The notes beneath the pieces were generated by a model. That model did no database searches. It was not told where the DNA came from and worked only from the letters and a program-made list of their open reading frames with translations. From Acinetobacter phage vB_ApiM_fHyAci03, in sequence record NC_049438.1: 64,000 nucleotides of DNA, one strand, 5' to 3'. Both the position numbers and the translations under genes were made by a program. Positions 22,728-30,808 of this stretch are shown here, one piece after another. Position 1 is the stretch's first letter; each line of letters opens with the position of its first letter.

Positions 22728-22891
22728 AACAATAACTCTGTTTCTAATAGCATGTCACCATTAGATTCTAGAACTGGCAAATCTTGAATGTGCTGCAAGC
22801 AGTGTCCAGGATGGACAGGTCCTTGATCAGTCTCAACTACCAATGCTTCATCAATCGGCATCTTACATACCGAACATATACGTGTTTCCAT
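22724..22891 (-). CDS. Small Cys/His-rich hypothetical protein (55 aa)
   Basis: Translated by hand as METRICSVCKMPIDEALVVETDQGPVHPGHCLQHIQDLPVLESNGDMLLETELLL, with CxxC…HxxHC. Below the ORF-track cut-off. Confidence 0.3.
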   Translation of the reverse strand: METRICSVCKMPIDEALVVETDQGPVHPGHCLQHIQDLPVLESNGDMLLETELLL

Positions 22892-22952
22892 TATTATTCT
22901 CCAAATGTGTATAGATGTATTTATAGATCTTTGAACAGCTGATATATCAGAT

Positions 22953-23042
22953 ACATCTAAACCATCAGTCCCCTATCTTCTCCGACCGAATAGATATAAT
23001 TAGAGCGGTGAACCGGTAGAACCATTATACCATCAAAATTTT
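22953..23042. repeat. Copy A of a ~90-bp dispersed intergenic element. The core ATATAATTAGAGCGGTGAACCGGTAGAACCATTATA-N-CATCAAAATTTT is shared with 54146..54235.
   Basis: A 36-nt block is identical in both copies, then one mismatch, then 12 identical nt. The upstream ~40 nt are about 75% identical and include ACATCTAAA and CCGACC. Confidence 0.8.
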
Positions 23043-23096
23043 ATAAAGCAAATGTGTGCTTATACATAAGGCGTTCAACAGATCAAATTTTGATCA

Positions 23097-23495
23097 TCAC
23101 TGATGTCTAGCGCCACTAAGTTGTAGCTTTAGTTGTTCAAGTGTATCCGGGTTATCTAAGATGCTAAACATAACAGTTACAATAATAGCATTATTATCAT
23201 ATTGTGCTTGCACTGTCACGCCTAGCCTAACAATTCTTGGCTCATATGCACGAATAGCTGATGTTATGCTTTTTTCTACTGTACTAACTGTAAGTGGAGA
23301 CATGTTTTCAAATAAAGCATCGCCAATTTCACAGCCGAATTCTGGGTCAAATGGACGAGAGCCTTTAGGTGTTGTAATAATTCCTAAAAGAGAATTTTTA
23401 ACTGCACGTGCGCCAACAGATGCAGCTACATCCTTATTCCATGCACGTGCCATTTCAGGTGATATGTCTGTATACATATCATTAATATTTTGCAT
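23097..23495 (-). CDS. 25: Baseplate wedge protein gp25
   Basis: 132 aa, identical in length to T4 gp25. Conserved position before 26. Confidence 0.8.
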   Translation of the reverse strand: MQNINDMYTDISPEMARAWNKDVAASVGARAVKNSLLGIITTPKGSRPFDPEFGCEIGDALFENMSPLTVSTVEKSITSAIRAYEPRIVRLGVTVQAQYDNNAIIVTVMFSILDNPDTLEQLKLQLSGARHQ

Positions 23496-24139
23496 TATAG
23501 CACCTCAACAAATTCTTTAAAGCCTTTTATAATATGTACATGAGACTTGCCACACTTAGGACATTTGATTGGCACAACCAGCACAGGTTGTGGAGCTAAT
23601 AAAAATGATTTGATATAATTAATATCATCTTCAGTTATTGCATTGTATAGATCTTCTAATTCAAGCTCATTTAAATCTTCTACATAAATTCGTTCATCAC
23701 CTACATAAATCGATTCTATAGATTTTGCAATCATTAATGGCACATTGTCGTCATCCCAGAGTTCAGGCCATCTAAATGCCACTTTAAACTTTTTGAATGG
23801 ATACAATGTCTCGAGATTACTATTGCCGTAATCTATCTGTGCTTTAGAGACATCTAACTCTACATCATGTACATGCCCGCATTCACATGTATATTCTTGT
23901 GTGACCTTTCCAAAATGTTCGCTATTTGCGATTAAATTGATTAGAACTAATTCGGCATCATGTTTCGGTAAATTCATGAGCCCGGTACACTTCTCAATGA
24001 TTGACGAGTATACCTTCTTCATATTATCGGAGATTGTCGAATCTTTAGAAATTATAAGGCTTGTATAATCTCTCAATGAATATGATTTACATTCTACAAC
24101 GCTAGAGCCTAACTTAACATTGAATTTCTTTTCAAACAT
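23495..24139 (-). CDS. 26: Baseplate hub subunit gp26
   Basis: 214 aa against T4 gp26 at 208 aa. Cys/His cluster (CECGHVH…CPKCGKSHVH). Position fits. Confidence 0.6.
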   Translation of the reverse strand: MFEKKFNVKLGSSVVECKSYSLRDYTSLIISKDSTISDNMKKVYSSIIEKCTGLMNLPKHDAELVLINLIANSEHFGKVTQEYTCECGHVHDVELDVSKAQIDYGNSNLETLYPFKKFKVAFRWPELWDDDNVPLMIAKSIESIYVGDERIYVEDLNELELEDLYNAITEDDINYIKSFLLAPQPVLVVPIKCPKCGKSHVHIIKGFKEFVEVL

Positions 24140-24172
24140 AATTTAGTAGCCTACTAAAAGTTTTATTAAGAG

Positions 24173-24184
24173 TATTTATAAATA
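24173..24184. promoter_or_regulatory. Palindromic bidirectional late promoter TATTTATAAATA, giving TATAAATA on both strands for gene 26 (minus) and gene 51 (plus)
   Basis: The 12-mer is its own reverse complement. It lies 34 nt from the gp26 start and 23 nt from the gp51 start. Confidence 0.55.
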
Positions 24185-24206
24185 TTTTTAATAAAAGGAG
24201 GCTTAT

Positions 24207-24962
24207 ATGGCTAATATTATAAGATGTAGACTTCCTGACGGTATTCATCGGTTTAAGCCCTTTACAGTAGCTGACTATAGAGATTTCTTACTTATCAGAA
24301 ATGATATGATTTCTAAAACTGATTCAGAGCAAGAAGAACTTGTTAGCGAATTGGCAGCAGATTATTTTAATGAATACCCTAAGACATGGCAACAATATTT
24401 GTTCTTAAACGTTTTCACTGGATCTGTAGGTAAAACAAAGGTGCCAATTGTGTTTCAATGTCCTACTTGTGGCAAATCTCAAAAGCGTTTGTTTAATATT
24501 GCTCAGGATGATTTAGTTGCTCCAAAAATACAACTAAATGATGAAACAGAACTGTCATTCAAATTTCCTGATGAGATTTACACTGATTCTGCACTATTGG
24601 CCCTAGACAACATTGAAAGTGTATCACACAAAGGGGCTGAATACCTTTGGCAAGATTTAGATAAAGAAACACAAGACAATATAATCGAGATGCTGGACTT
24701 TGAGAAGTTTGAGATGCTTGTTAAAAAATTAAAGCCTATTCATTTTGAAATGAATATAAGCTGCTGTGAAAAGCATACAATTGTATTTGAAGACTTAGCA
24801 TCTATTTTCAAATTGTTAATTAATCCAGACGAAGTATTTCCATTTTATGAAATTAACAACATTCTGATTAAAAATAACTATGATTGGAATTCTATCATGG
24901 CGATGCTTCCAGCTGAACGCAGTATAGCACTGTCAATGATAGAAAGGGATAGCAAAAGATGA
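24207..24962 (+). CDS. 51: Baseplate hub assembly catalyst gp51
   Basis: 251 aa against T4 gp51 at 249 aa. Zn-ribbon-like CPTCGKSQKR. AGGAGG ribosome-binding site. Position 26/51/27. Confidence 0.6.
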   Translation: MANIIRCRLPDGIHRFKPFTVADYRDFLLIRNDMISKTDSEQEELVSELAADYFNEYPKTWQQYLFLNVFTGSVGKTKVPIVFQCPTCGKSQKRLFNIAQDDLVAPKIQLNDETELSFKFPDEIYTDSALLALDNIESVSHKGAEYLWQDLDKETQDNIIEMLDFEKFEMLVKKLKPIHFEMNISCCEKHTIVFEDLASIFKLLINPDEVFPFYEINNILIKNNYDWNSIMAMLPAERSIALSMIERDSKR

Positions 24963-26542
24963 CACAACAAAGACCAGGGTATCCTAACGTCAGTATCAAG
25001 CTATATGAAGATTATGACGCATGGAAAGAAAATAGATTTATTGAACTTGCAGCAACATTTACTACACTTACTCTTCGTGATAGCTTGTATGGCACAAATG
25101 AAGGCATTCTTCAATTTTATGATTCAAAAAATTTACACGCCAAATTAAATGGCGAACAAATAATTCAAATATCACTTTCGAATGCAAACTCCAAGGATGT
25201 AATTACACGCATCTATGGATGTAATGACACATCAGTTTCAGTTGATGAAAAGGGCGATAATATTCTTGCATTCAACCTCCGTCCTTTACACACGGTAGAA
25301 AATGTTAAATTCAGCCGTGCATTCTTTGCTAATGCAACAGAATCTATTGAAACTATGATAAAGTCAATCTACAACAATAAAGCACAGCTTGCGCCTAAAG
25401 TTAAAGGATTGAATGTTTATGTTCCTCGTGTAGCATGGGTAAACACAATTGAAGATTATTTTGAATATGTTAGAGAAGTTGGCTTATCTGTTGAATCAGA
25501 AACACATGCATTCGTTTGGGAAGATTTTACCGGCATCAATATTTCGGATTACAAATTCATGATTGATCAGAAACCAAGAGTAATGGTAGTTGGTGATCCC
25601 GCACAAATTGGATCATATATCTCCAATATGAAAGAGCAATTGGCATATGACTTTACTTGGCTCGCTAAAACAAATCGAAATGTACGAAACCCATTAGAGA
25701 ATGTGACAGTGTATAGCCATTCATTCAACGACAAAGAAATTCAAAGAATTTCAATAGGCGAAGGCACTAACTCTGTTGTCGTATCTAGATCTGGCGGCTA
25801 TTCTGAAATGACATATCGCAATGGATACGAAGAAGCATTTAGATTGCTTACTATGGCTCAATATGATGGTTATGCCACATGTAAAGTTATTGGTGACTTT
25901 ACGCTGACACCATTGCAGAAAGTGATTTTCGGTGACAAAAAGGGACAATTCAAAACTGAATTTTATATTGATGAAGTAATTCATGTCATCACAAACAATT
26001 CATCTGAAACTCATTTATACTTGTTCACAAATGGTAAAGATCTTGTGCCAGTAAACATCGAAAAAATTAAAAATGAGATTGAGACCATTACACCACCATC
26101 AGATACAGTTCAACCTGAAGCATCAGCCGACAGGAAAGGTGCACAATGGGATCTTGATAAGTTATCAGAAGTAGTTTTGAAGAATGCACAAGGAAGAAAA
26201 TCTACGGGTGAATGTGCATTGTATGTTCGTAAAGCGTTACAAGCAGCGCAATTACAAAGTTTCTTCGCTGGTGGACTGGGTAATGCAAATGAAATGCCAT
26301 CACGTCTAACACAGATGGGATGGATCGCAGTAGGCCAAAACGTTAAAAATGTCAAGAAAGGCGACATTGCAGTGTTCCAACGAACTAATACACGCCTTGG
26401 ACAGAAATATGGTCATATTTGTATTTTTACCGGATCACAGTGGGTATCAGACTTTATCCAATCTAGTGTACAACCTAACAGAAATGATAATTTAACCTAT
26501 ACAGTATATAGAGCCCGTTATGGGTATAGTGCAGGAGCATAA
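24959..26542 (+). CDS. 27: Baseplate hub subunit gp27 with a C-terminal CHAP-like cysteine peptidase domain
   Basis: The N-terminal ~380 aa are close to T4 gp27 as I recall it (QRPGYPN.S.KL….AWK.NRF.ELAAT.TTLT.RDSLYG.NEG.LQFYDSKN; …SEMTYRNGYEEA.RL.TMAQYDGYA…THLY.FTN). An extra ~150 aa carries TGECALYV…GDIAVFQ…GHICIFTG, the Cys…His signature of CHAP/NlpC-type peptidoglycan hydrolases. Confidence 0.8.
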   Translation: MTQQRPGYPNVSIKLYEDYDAWKENRFIELAATFTTLTLRDSLYGTNEGILQFYDSKNLHAKLNGEQIIQISLSNANSKDVITRIYGCNDTSVSVDEKGDNILAFNLRPLHTVENVKFSRAFFANATESIETMIKSIYNNKAQLAPKVKGLNVYVPRVAWVNTIEDYFEYVREVGLSVESETHAFVWEDFTGINISDYKFMIDQKPRVMVVGDPAQIGSYISNMKEQLAYDFTWLAKTNRNVRNPLENVTVYSHSFNDKEIQRISIGEGTNSVVVSRSGGYSEMTYRNGYEEAFRLLTMAQYDGYATCKVIGDFTLTPLQKVIFGDKKGQFKTEFYIDEVIHVITNNSSETHLYLFTNGKDLVPVNIEKIKNEIETITPPSDTVQPEASADRKGAQWDLDKLSEVVLKNAQGRKSTGECALYVRKALQAAQLQSFFAGGLGNANEMPSRLTQMGWIAVGQNVKNVKKGDIAVFQRTNTRLGQKYGHICIFTGSQWVSDFIQSSVQPNRNDNLTYTVYRARYGYSAGA

Positions 26543-26543
26543 A

Positions 26544-27092
26544 ATGGGAAATGTAAAATTAGAATTAGAGCCAAAGTCTAAAGTGATTGAAGTTAATGGC
26601 AAAACTATCAAAGTCCCAAAACTTGGACTTAAACATAGACTATTGATGAAAGAAGGTATTAGCCATGAAGATGCAATGAAGGTGCTCCTAAACTATATTC
26701 AACCTAATTTATCATTAGCTGAAAGAGATTTATTGACACTTCACTTATTAGAATATAATGGTAGAATTCGTTCGCAAGTTAAAGCTGGTGAATTCTTGTA
26801 TGACATAAACAACGCATACATATGTCAACAATTAAAATTTAATTATGAAGATTATGAATTTAAATTCAGATCTCCGACAATGGAACTTATGAAAGGCCCA
26901 TTAGACATTCTTTTGAAAGAGTGTTGTGTAAGTGTCAAGAAATCAGGTGAAAAAATTCCTGTACCGGATTTCATGGATATGCCAGCATTTGTCTACAGAT
27001 GGGCAGATATGATAACAAATACTGTTGCCATTGATGGTCCATTTGGGCAAATCAGAGGCTTGTATAAAGTAGTGGAGTTATTCAGTGAATAA
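26544..27092 (+). CDS. 28: Baseplate hub distal subunit gp28
   Basis: About 182 aa against T4 gp28 at 177 aa. The start is taken at the ATG right after the gp27 stop (GGAGCATAAAATG) rather than the overlapping in-frame ATG at 26520. Confidence 0.65.
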   Translation: MGNVKLELEPKSKVIEVNGKTIKVPKLGLKHRLLMKEGISHEDAMKVLLNYIQPNLSLAERDLLTLHLLEYNGRIRSQVKAGEFLYDINNAYICQQLKFNYEDYEFKFRSPTMELMKGPLDILLKECCVSVKKSGEKIPVPDFMDMPAFVYRWADMITNTVAIDGPFGQIRGLYKVVELFSE

Positions 27093-28809
27093 TACATTTT
27101 CATCATCTAAACCTGCATCTGAGCAAACTACACTTAGACGCCCTCCAAAGCCAATAGCCGAAGAAGCTCCAGCAAATGATGAAGTTTTTGATGCAGGCCC
27201 AGAAGGAGCAAAAGAAGAAACATTAAGTAGTATCGATACTAATACGCAGGAACAAGTTGGCATACAACGACAACAACTTGGCGCAGCCAATCTTTCGCTA
27301 GGCATACAAGACCTTCAAAATCAAAAGCTAGAAGAAATATCTGCTTCTACATCTGAGATCTCGTCTAAGCTTAGTGCGCTAAGCGATAAACTAAAGCAAA
27401 AGTATGAAGCCGCTGCACCAGTAAGTGAAGCACCTATTCAAAATGCCGATTCAACATCAGAGATTCTTGCCAATAAACTTAATGCTAAAGATTCTTCTGC
27501 GCAGGCGCCTGAGCCGGTAAAAATAGTTCCCGATGAGAAGAAACCATCTGAAGATTTATTATCTAAACCTTCAGAGGTTAAAGGTGCGCCAGACAATACA
27601 GCATCAATGATAGTTGGTGCTGTAAAGGGAGTCCAAGGTGCTATAACTGCTGGATTCAAAAGGACCACTAGCATCGCAGATAAAATTTCTGGGATGTTGC
27701 TAAAGTATACAGTTACCCAAGCTGTTCAAGCAGCTAAACTCGCATTAGCCGTATTTGCTATTATTTTTGCAATTGACATGTTGAAAATTGCATGGCAGGT
27801 TTGGGGTGACAAAATCATGGCAAAGTTTGAAGAATGGAGCCAAACGTTCGGAAAATGGTGGGACAATTTTAAACAATGGTCATCATATTTCTCTGACATG
27901 AAAAATTCATTCGAAGGCATGAAAGGCGACTTAATGGGCATCCGAAATGCATGGGAATCTGGTGATTGGCCGGCACTTGCATCTGCAATAGGAACTGCAT
28001 TTATAGATGGCATCAAAACACTTAGTGGTATGTTAGATCGTGTAATTACAAAACTTGTTGCTACGCTATTAGACAAATTAGGCTTTAGTAAAGCAGCCAA
28101 GGCAATAGAAGCTGAAGGTCTTCAAAACTATCAAAACATGACTAACAATAGATTGTCCCCAGAAAATCAAAGGAAACTTGCAGAAGAGCAAATTAGGCGT
28201 GAAGAGAAAGATGGGCTTACTCCTACTCAACGAGGCAAAACATCATTCTTACCGGATTCATGGCGTAAGAATCTTGGCTTAATTTCTGCCGATGAATATA
28301 ACCAAATCCAAGCAGAGAAAAAGGACCAAAACGCAAGAAGAGGCTTAAGTCACGAAGATAATGTTAAAGCAGTAGCTGCTACAAATGAAGCACGCGAAGC
28401 TATAGCTCGCTTCAAAAATATTGCGGATAATGTTAATCCTAATAACCCTGCACAAGTCGCAGAAGCAGATAAATACAAAAAGGAAGCACAACAATACATC
28501 AATAGTCCTGGCCTGGCATTGGTTCCAACAGTAAAAGCTGAATTACAGAATCAATTAGATAGCTATAAGCCTAAGAACAATGTAAAGGCATCTGTTCAGC
28601 CGGACAAGTCAACACCATCTAAAGATACACAATTAGTGCAAAATATTAAAGTTGCAGAAGCAAATAAAGTTTCTAGATCTGCTGCACAAGCTTCAACAAC
28701 TGCAAATATTAATACTAATATTGTTAAAACTAATAAGAGTTATAACGTGCAAAGTCCTATAACTGGAACTCGTGCGCCAGGTGTATTTAAGGCTACTTCA
28801 GTTAATTAA
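27085..28809 (+). CDS. 29: Baseplate hub / tail length determining protein gp29
   Basis: 574 aa against T4 gp29 at 590 aa. Low-complexity Ala/Gln/Lys-rich N-terminal half. Position after 28. Confidence 0.75.
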   Translation: MNNTFSSSKPASEQTTLRRPPKPIAEEAPANDEVFDAGPEGAKEETLSSIDTNTQEQVGIQRQQLGAANLSLGIQDLQNQKLEEISASTSEISSKLSALSDKLKQKYEAAAPVSEAPIQNADSTSEILANKLNAKDSSAQAPEPVKIVPDEKKPSEDLLSKPSEVKGAPDNTASMIVGAVKGVQGAITAGFKRTTSIADKISGMLLKYTVTQAVQAAKLALAVFAIIFAIDMLKIAWQVWGDKIMAKFEEWSQTFGKWWDNFKQWSSYFSDMKNSFEGMKGDLMGIRNAWESGDWPALASAIGTAFIDGIKTLSGMLDRVITKLVATLLDKLGFSKAAKAIEAEGLQNYQNMTNNRLSPENQRKLAEEQIRREEKDGLTPTQRGKTSFLPDSWRKNLGLISADEYNQIQAEKKDQNARRGLSHEDNVKAVAATNEAREAIARFKNIADNVNPNNPAQVAEADKYKKEAQQYINSPGLALVPTVKAELQNQLDSYKPKNNVKASVQPDKSTPSKDTQLVQNIKVAEANKVSRSAAQASTTANINTNIVKTNKSYNVQSPITGTRAPGVFKATSVN

Positions 28810-28818
28810 GGAATTAAA

Positions 28819-29910
28819 ATGAATTTTAAAGAACTAGACGATGATTTCTTAGCAAAGGCTGGCTCAATTATATCTGCTGGCCAGAGCCAAAAATCCAAAG
28901 AAACGCAAGTAAAAACCTTGACCGCTCAGTATCCTGCTGAGCGTGCTTCAGGATACGATAGTACCGGAGATTCAAGAGAATTTGACCAACTCTATCAAAA
29001 TGGCTTGCTTTTTACTGCATATGAATATTCATCTAGAACAACACCTAACTTACGTGATATGCGTACTACTATGCAAAAATCATACAAGTTATTAAATGCT
29101 ATAGATAAAATCACGTCAGCAGTCAAAAGTGTCAAAGGCGGTTTAACGTCAGCACAAAAAGATATGACAAAAAAGCCAGTTGCCAATATATTGCTGCCTA
29201 GATCAAAGAGTGATTCAGATGTAACAAGTCATAAGTTTAATGACGTAGGTGAATCATTATTAACTCGTGGCAACAACACCATTACAGGTGTCCTAAGTAA
29301 TATGGCATCTACTGCAGTGTTTGGCGCAATAGAATCTGTGACACAGGGTGTTATGGCTGACCATGGTGAACAAATTTATAACACTGCTCGTTCTATGTAC
29401 GCTGGCGCTGATAATAGAACTAAAATTTATACATGGGAATTTACACCAAGAACACCAGATGATTTAAATCAAATCTTAAAAATTTATGAGATTTTCAATT
29501 TCTTTTCATATGGCGTCACTGGTAACTCACAATTTGCCAAAGATGTTAAAAAGCACATTGATGATTGGTATAAAAATACTATTATTAATAAAGTAAATGA
29601 AGAAGTTGGCGCAAAAACCCAGAAAACATTTATGGAATCTGTCACATCATTTTTGTCAAATGTCATTACAGTTTCTAACCCTACTGTATGGTTCATCCAG
29701 AACTTTGGCACACAATCAAAATATGATGGGTTGGCTGACATTTTTGGGCCTGCTCAAATTCAAAGTATTCGTTTCGATAAAGCGCCTGATGGAAATTTTA
29801 ACGGTCTTGCAATTGCTCCAAATATGCCATCAACATTTGTTCTTGAAGTAACATTTAGAGAAATTTTGACGCAAAATAGAGCATCTATTTATGGAGAAGA
29901 TGTACTATGA
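28819..29910 (+). CDS. 48: Baseplate tail tube cap gp48
   Basis: 363 aa against T4 gp48 at 364 aa. Position fits. Confidence 0.8.
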   Translation: MNFKELDDDFLAKAGSIISAGQSQKSKETQVKTLTAQYPAERASGYDSTGDSREFDQLYQNGLLFTAYEYSSRTTPNLRDMRTTMQKSYKLLNAIDKITSAVKSVKGGLTSAQKDMTKKPVANILLPRSKSDSDVTSHKFNDVGESLLTRGNNTITGVLSNMASTAVFGAIESVTQGVMADHGEQIYNTARSMYAGADNRTKIYTWEFTPRTPDDLNQILKIYEIFNFFSYGVTGNSQFAKDVKKHIDDWYKNTIINKVNEEVGAKTQKTFMESVTSFLSNVITVSNPTVWFIQNFGTQSKYDGLADIFGPAQIQSIRFDKAPDGNFNGLAIAPNMPSTFVLEVTFREILTQNRASIYGEDVL

Positions 29911-30785
29911 AGAATACTGCTATTGCGTTAACATTAGATGAATTTAATAGCCAAATCGCTAATAAAGATTTTCAACGCACAAATATGTTCTCTATGCATT
30001 TTGCGACTAGACCTTCTTCAAAATCACAAGAGTACATTGGGCAACTATCACGCAAAATTGATGATAGCATTGCTTCAACATTAGATGCCTTAGGAGTAAC
30101 TAATGAAAATATCCAAAATGCAATTTCAACTATAGTTACAATTGGAACTCAAAAAGTAGTTAGAAAGGCTGGTGTAACAAAGGTCTTGATGGGTGCAATG
30201 ACAAATAGGGTGGTGCAATCATTACTCGGTGAACTCAAAGTCGGCACCTATCTTTTAGAATATTTTGATTTAGCCTTTCCAACATCAGGATTGTTAGTAC
30301 AATCATGTAAAATTCCGGATAACCATCTTAACTATGAGATGGACCGACAACATAATGCACCTAGTGTAAAAATTACGGGACGTGATTATGAGCCTCTTGT
30401 AATTACATTTAGAATGGATGCCGAATCAGCTAATTATCGTGCAATGATGGATTGGGTAAATGCAGTAGAAGATCCTATTACTGGGCTCCGAGGCTTGCCT
30501 ATTGATGTTGAGGCAGACATTCAAATCAATTTGCATGGACGTAATGGTTATCCACACACCGCATATATATTCTCTGGATGTATCCCTATGGTAGTCGGTG
30601 GTCCGCAGTTGTCATATGAAGACAATAACCAAATTACCACATTTGACGTTACATATGCATATCGTTCGGTCCAAGTAGGTGCAGTAGGATTAAACGAGGC
30701 AAAAGAGTGGATGGAAAATTCTGCTATTGGCATAGGAAAAGGCCAATTTGACCCTACTATGAATTTTACTTCAAGATTGTCATAA
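29907..30785 (+). CDS. 54: Baseplate tail tube initiator gp54
   Basis: 292 aa against T4 gp54 at 320 aa. ATGA-coupled to gp48. Confidence 0.75.
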   Translation: MKNTAIALTLDEFNSQIANKDFQRTNMFSMHFATRPSSKSQEYIGQLSRKIDDSIASTLDALGVTNENIQNAISTIVTIGTQKVVRKAGVTKVLMGAMTNRVVQSLLGELKVGTYLLEYFDLAFPTSGLLVQSCKIPDNHLNYEMDRQHNAPSVKITGRDYEPLVITFRMDAESANYRAMMDWVNAVEDPITGLRGLPIDVEADIQINLHGRNGYPHTAYIFSGCIPMVVGGPQLSYEDNNQITTFDVTYAYRSVQVGAVGLNEAKEWMENSAIGIGKGQFDPTMNFTSRLS

Positions 30786-30808
30786 ATAAAATCATTAGGA
30801 GAATACTT

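Noticed and set aside
22953-23042. Possible tRNA or small structured RNA gene in the dispersed repeat
   Set aside because: No cloverleaf can be drawn, that is no acceptor stem or T-arm GTTC…GAAC pairing, and T4-like tRNA clusters lie elsewhere. It is kept as an unexplained repeat.
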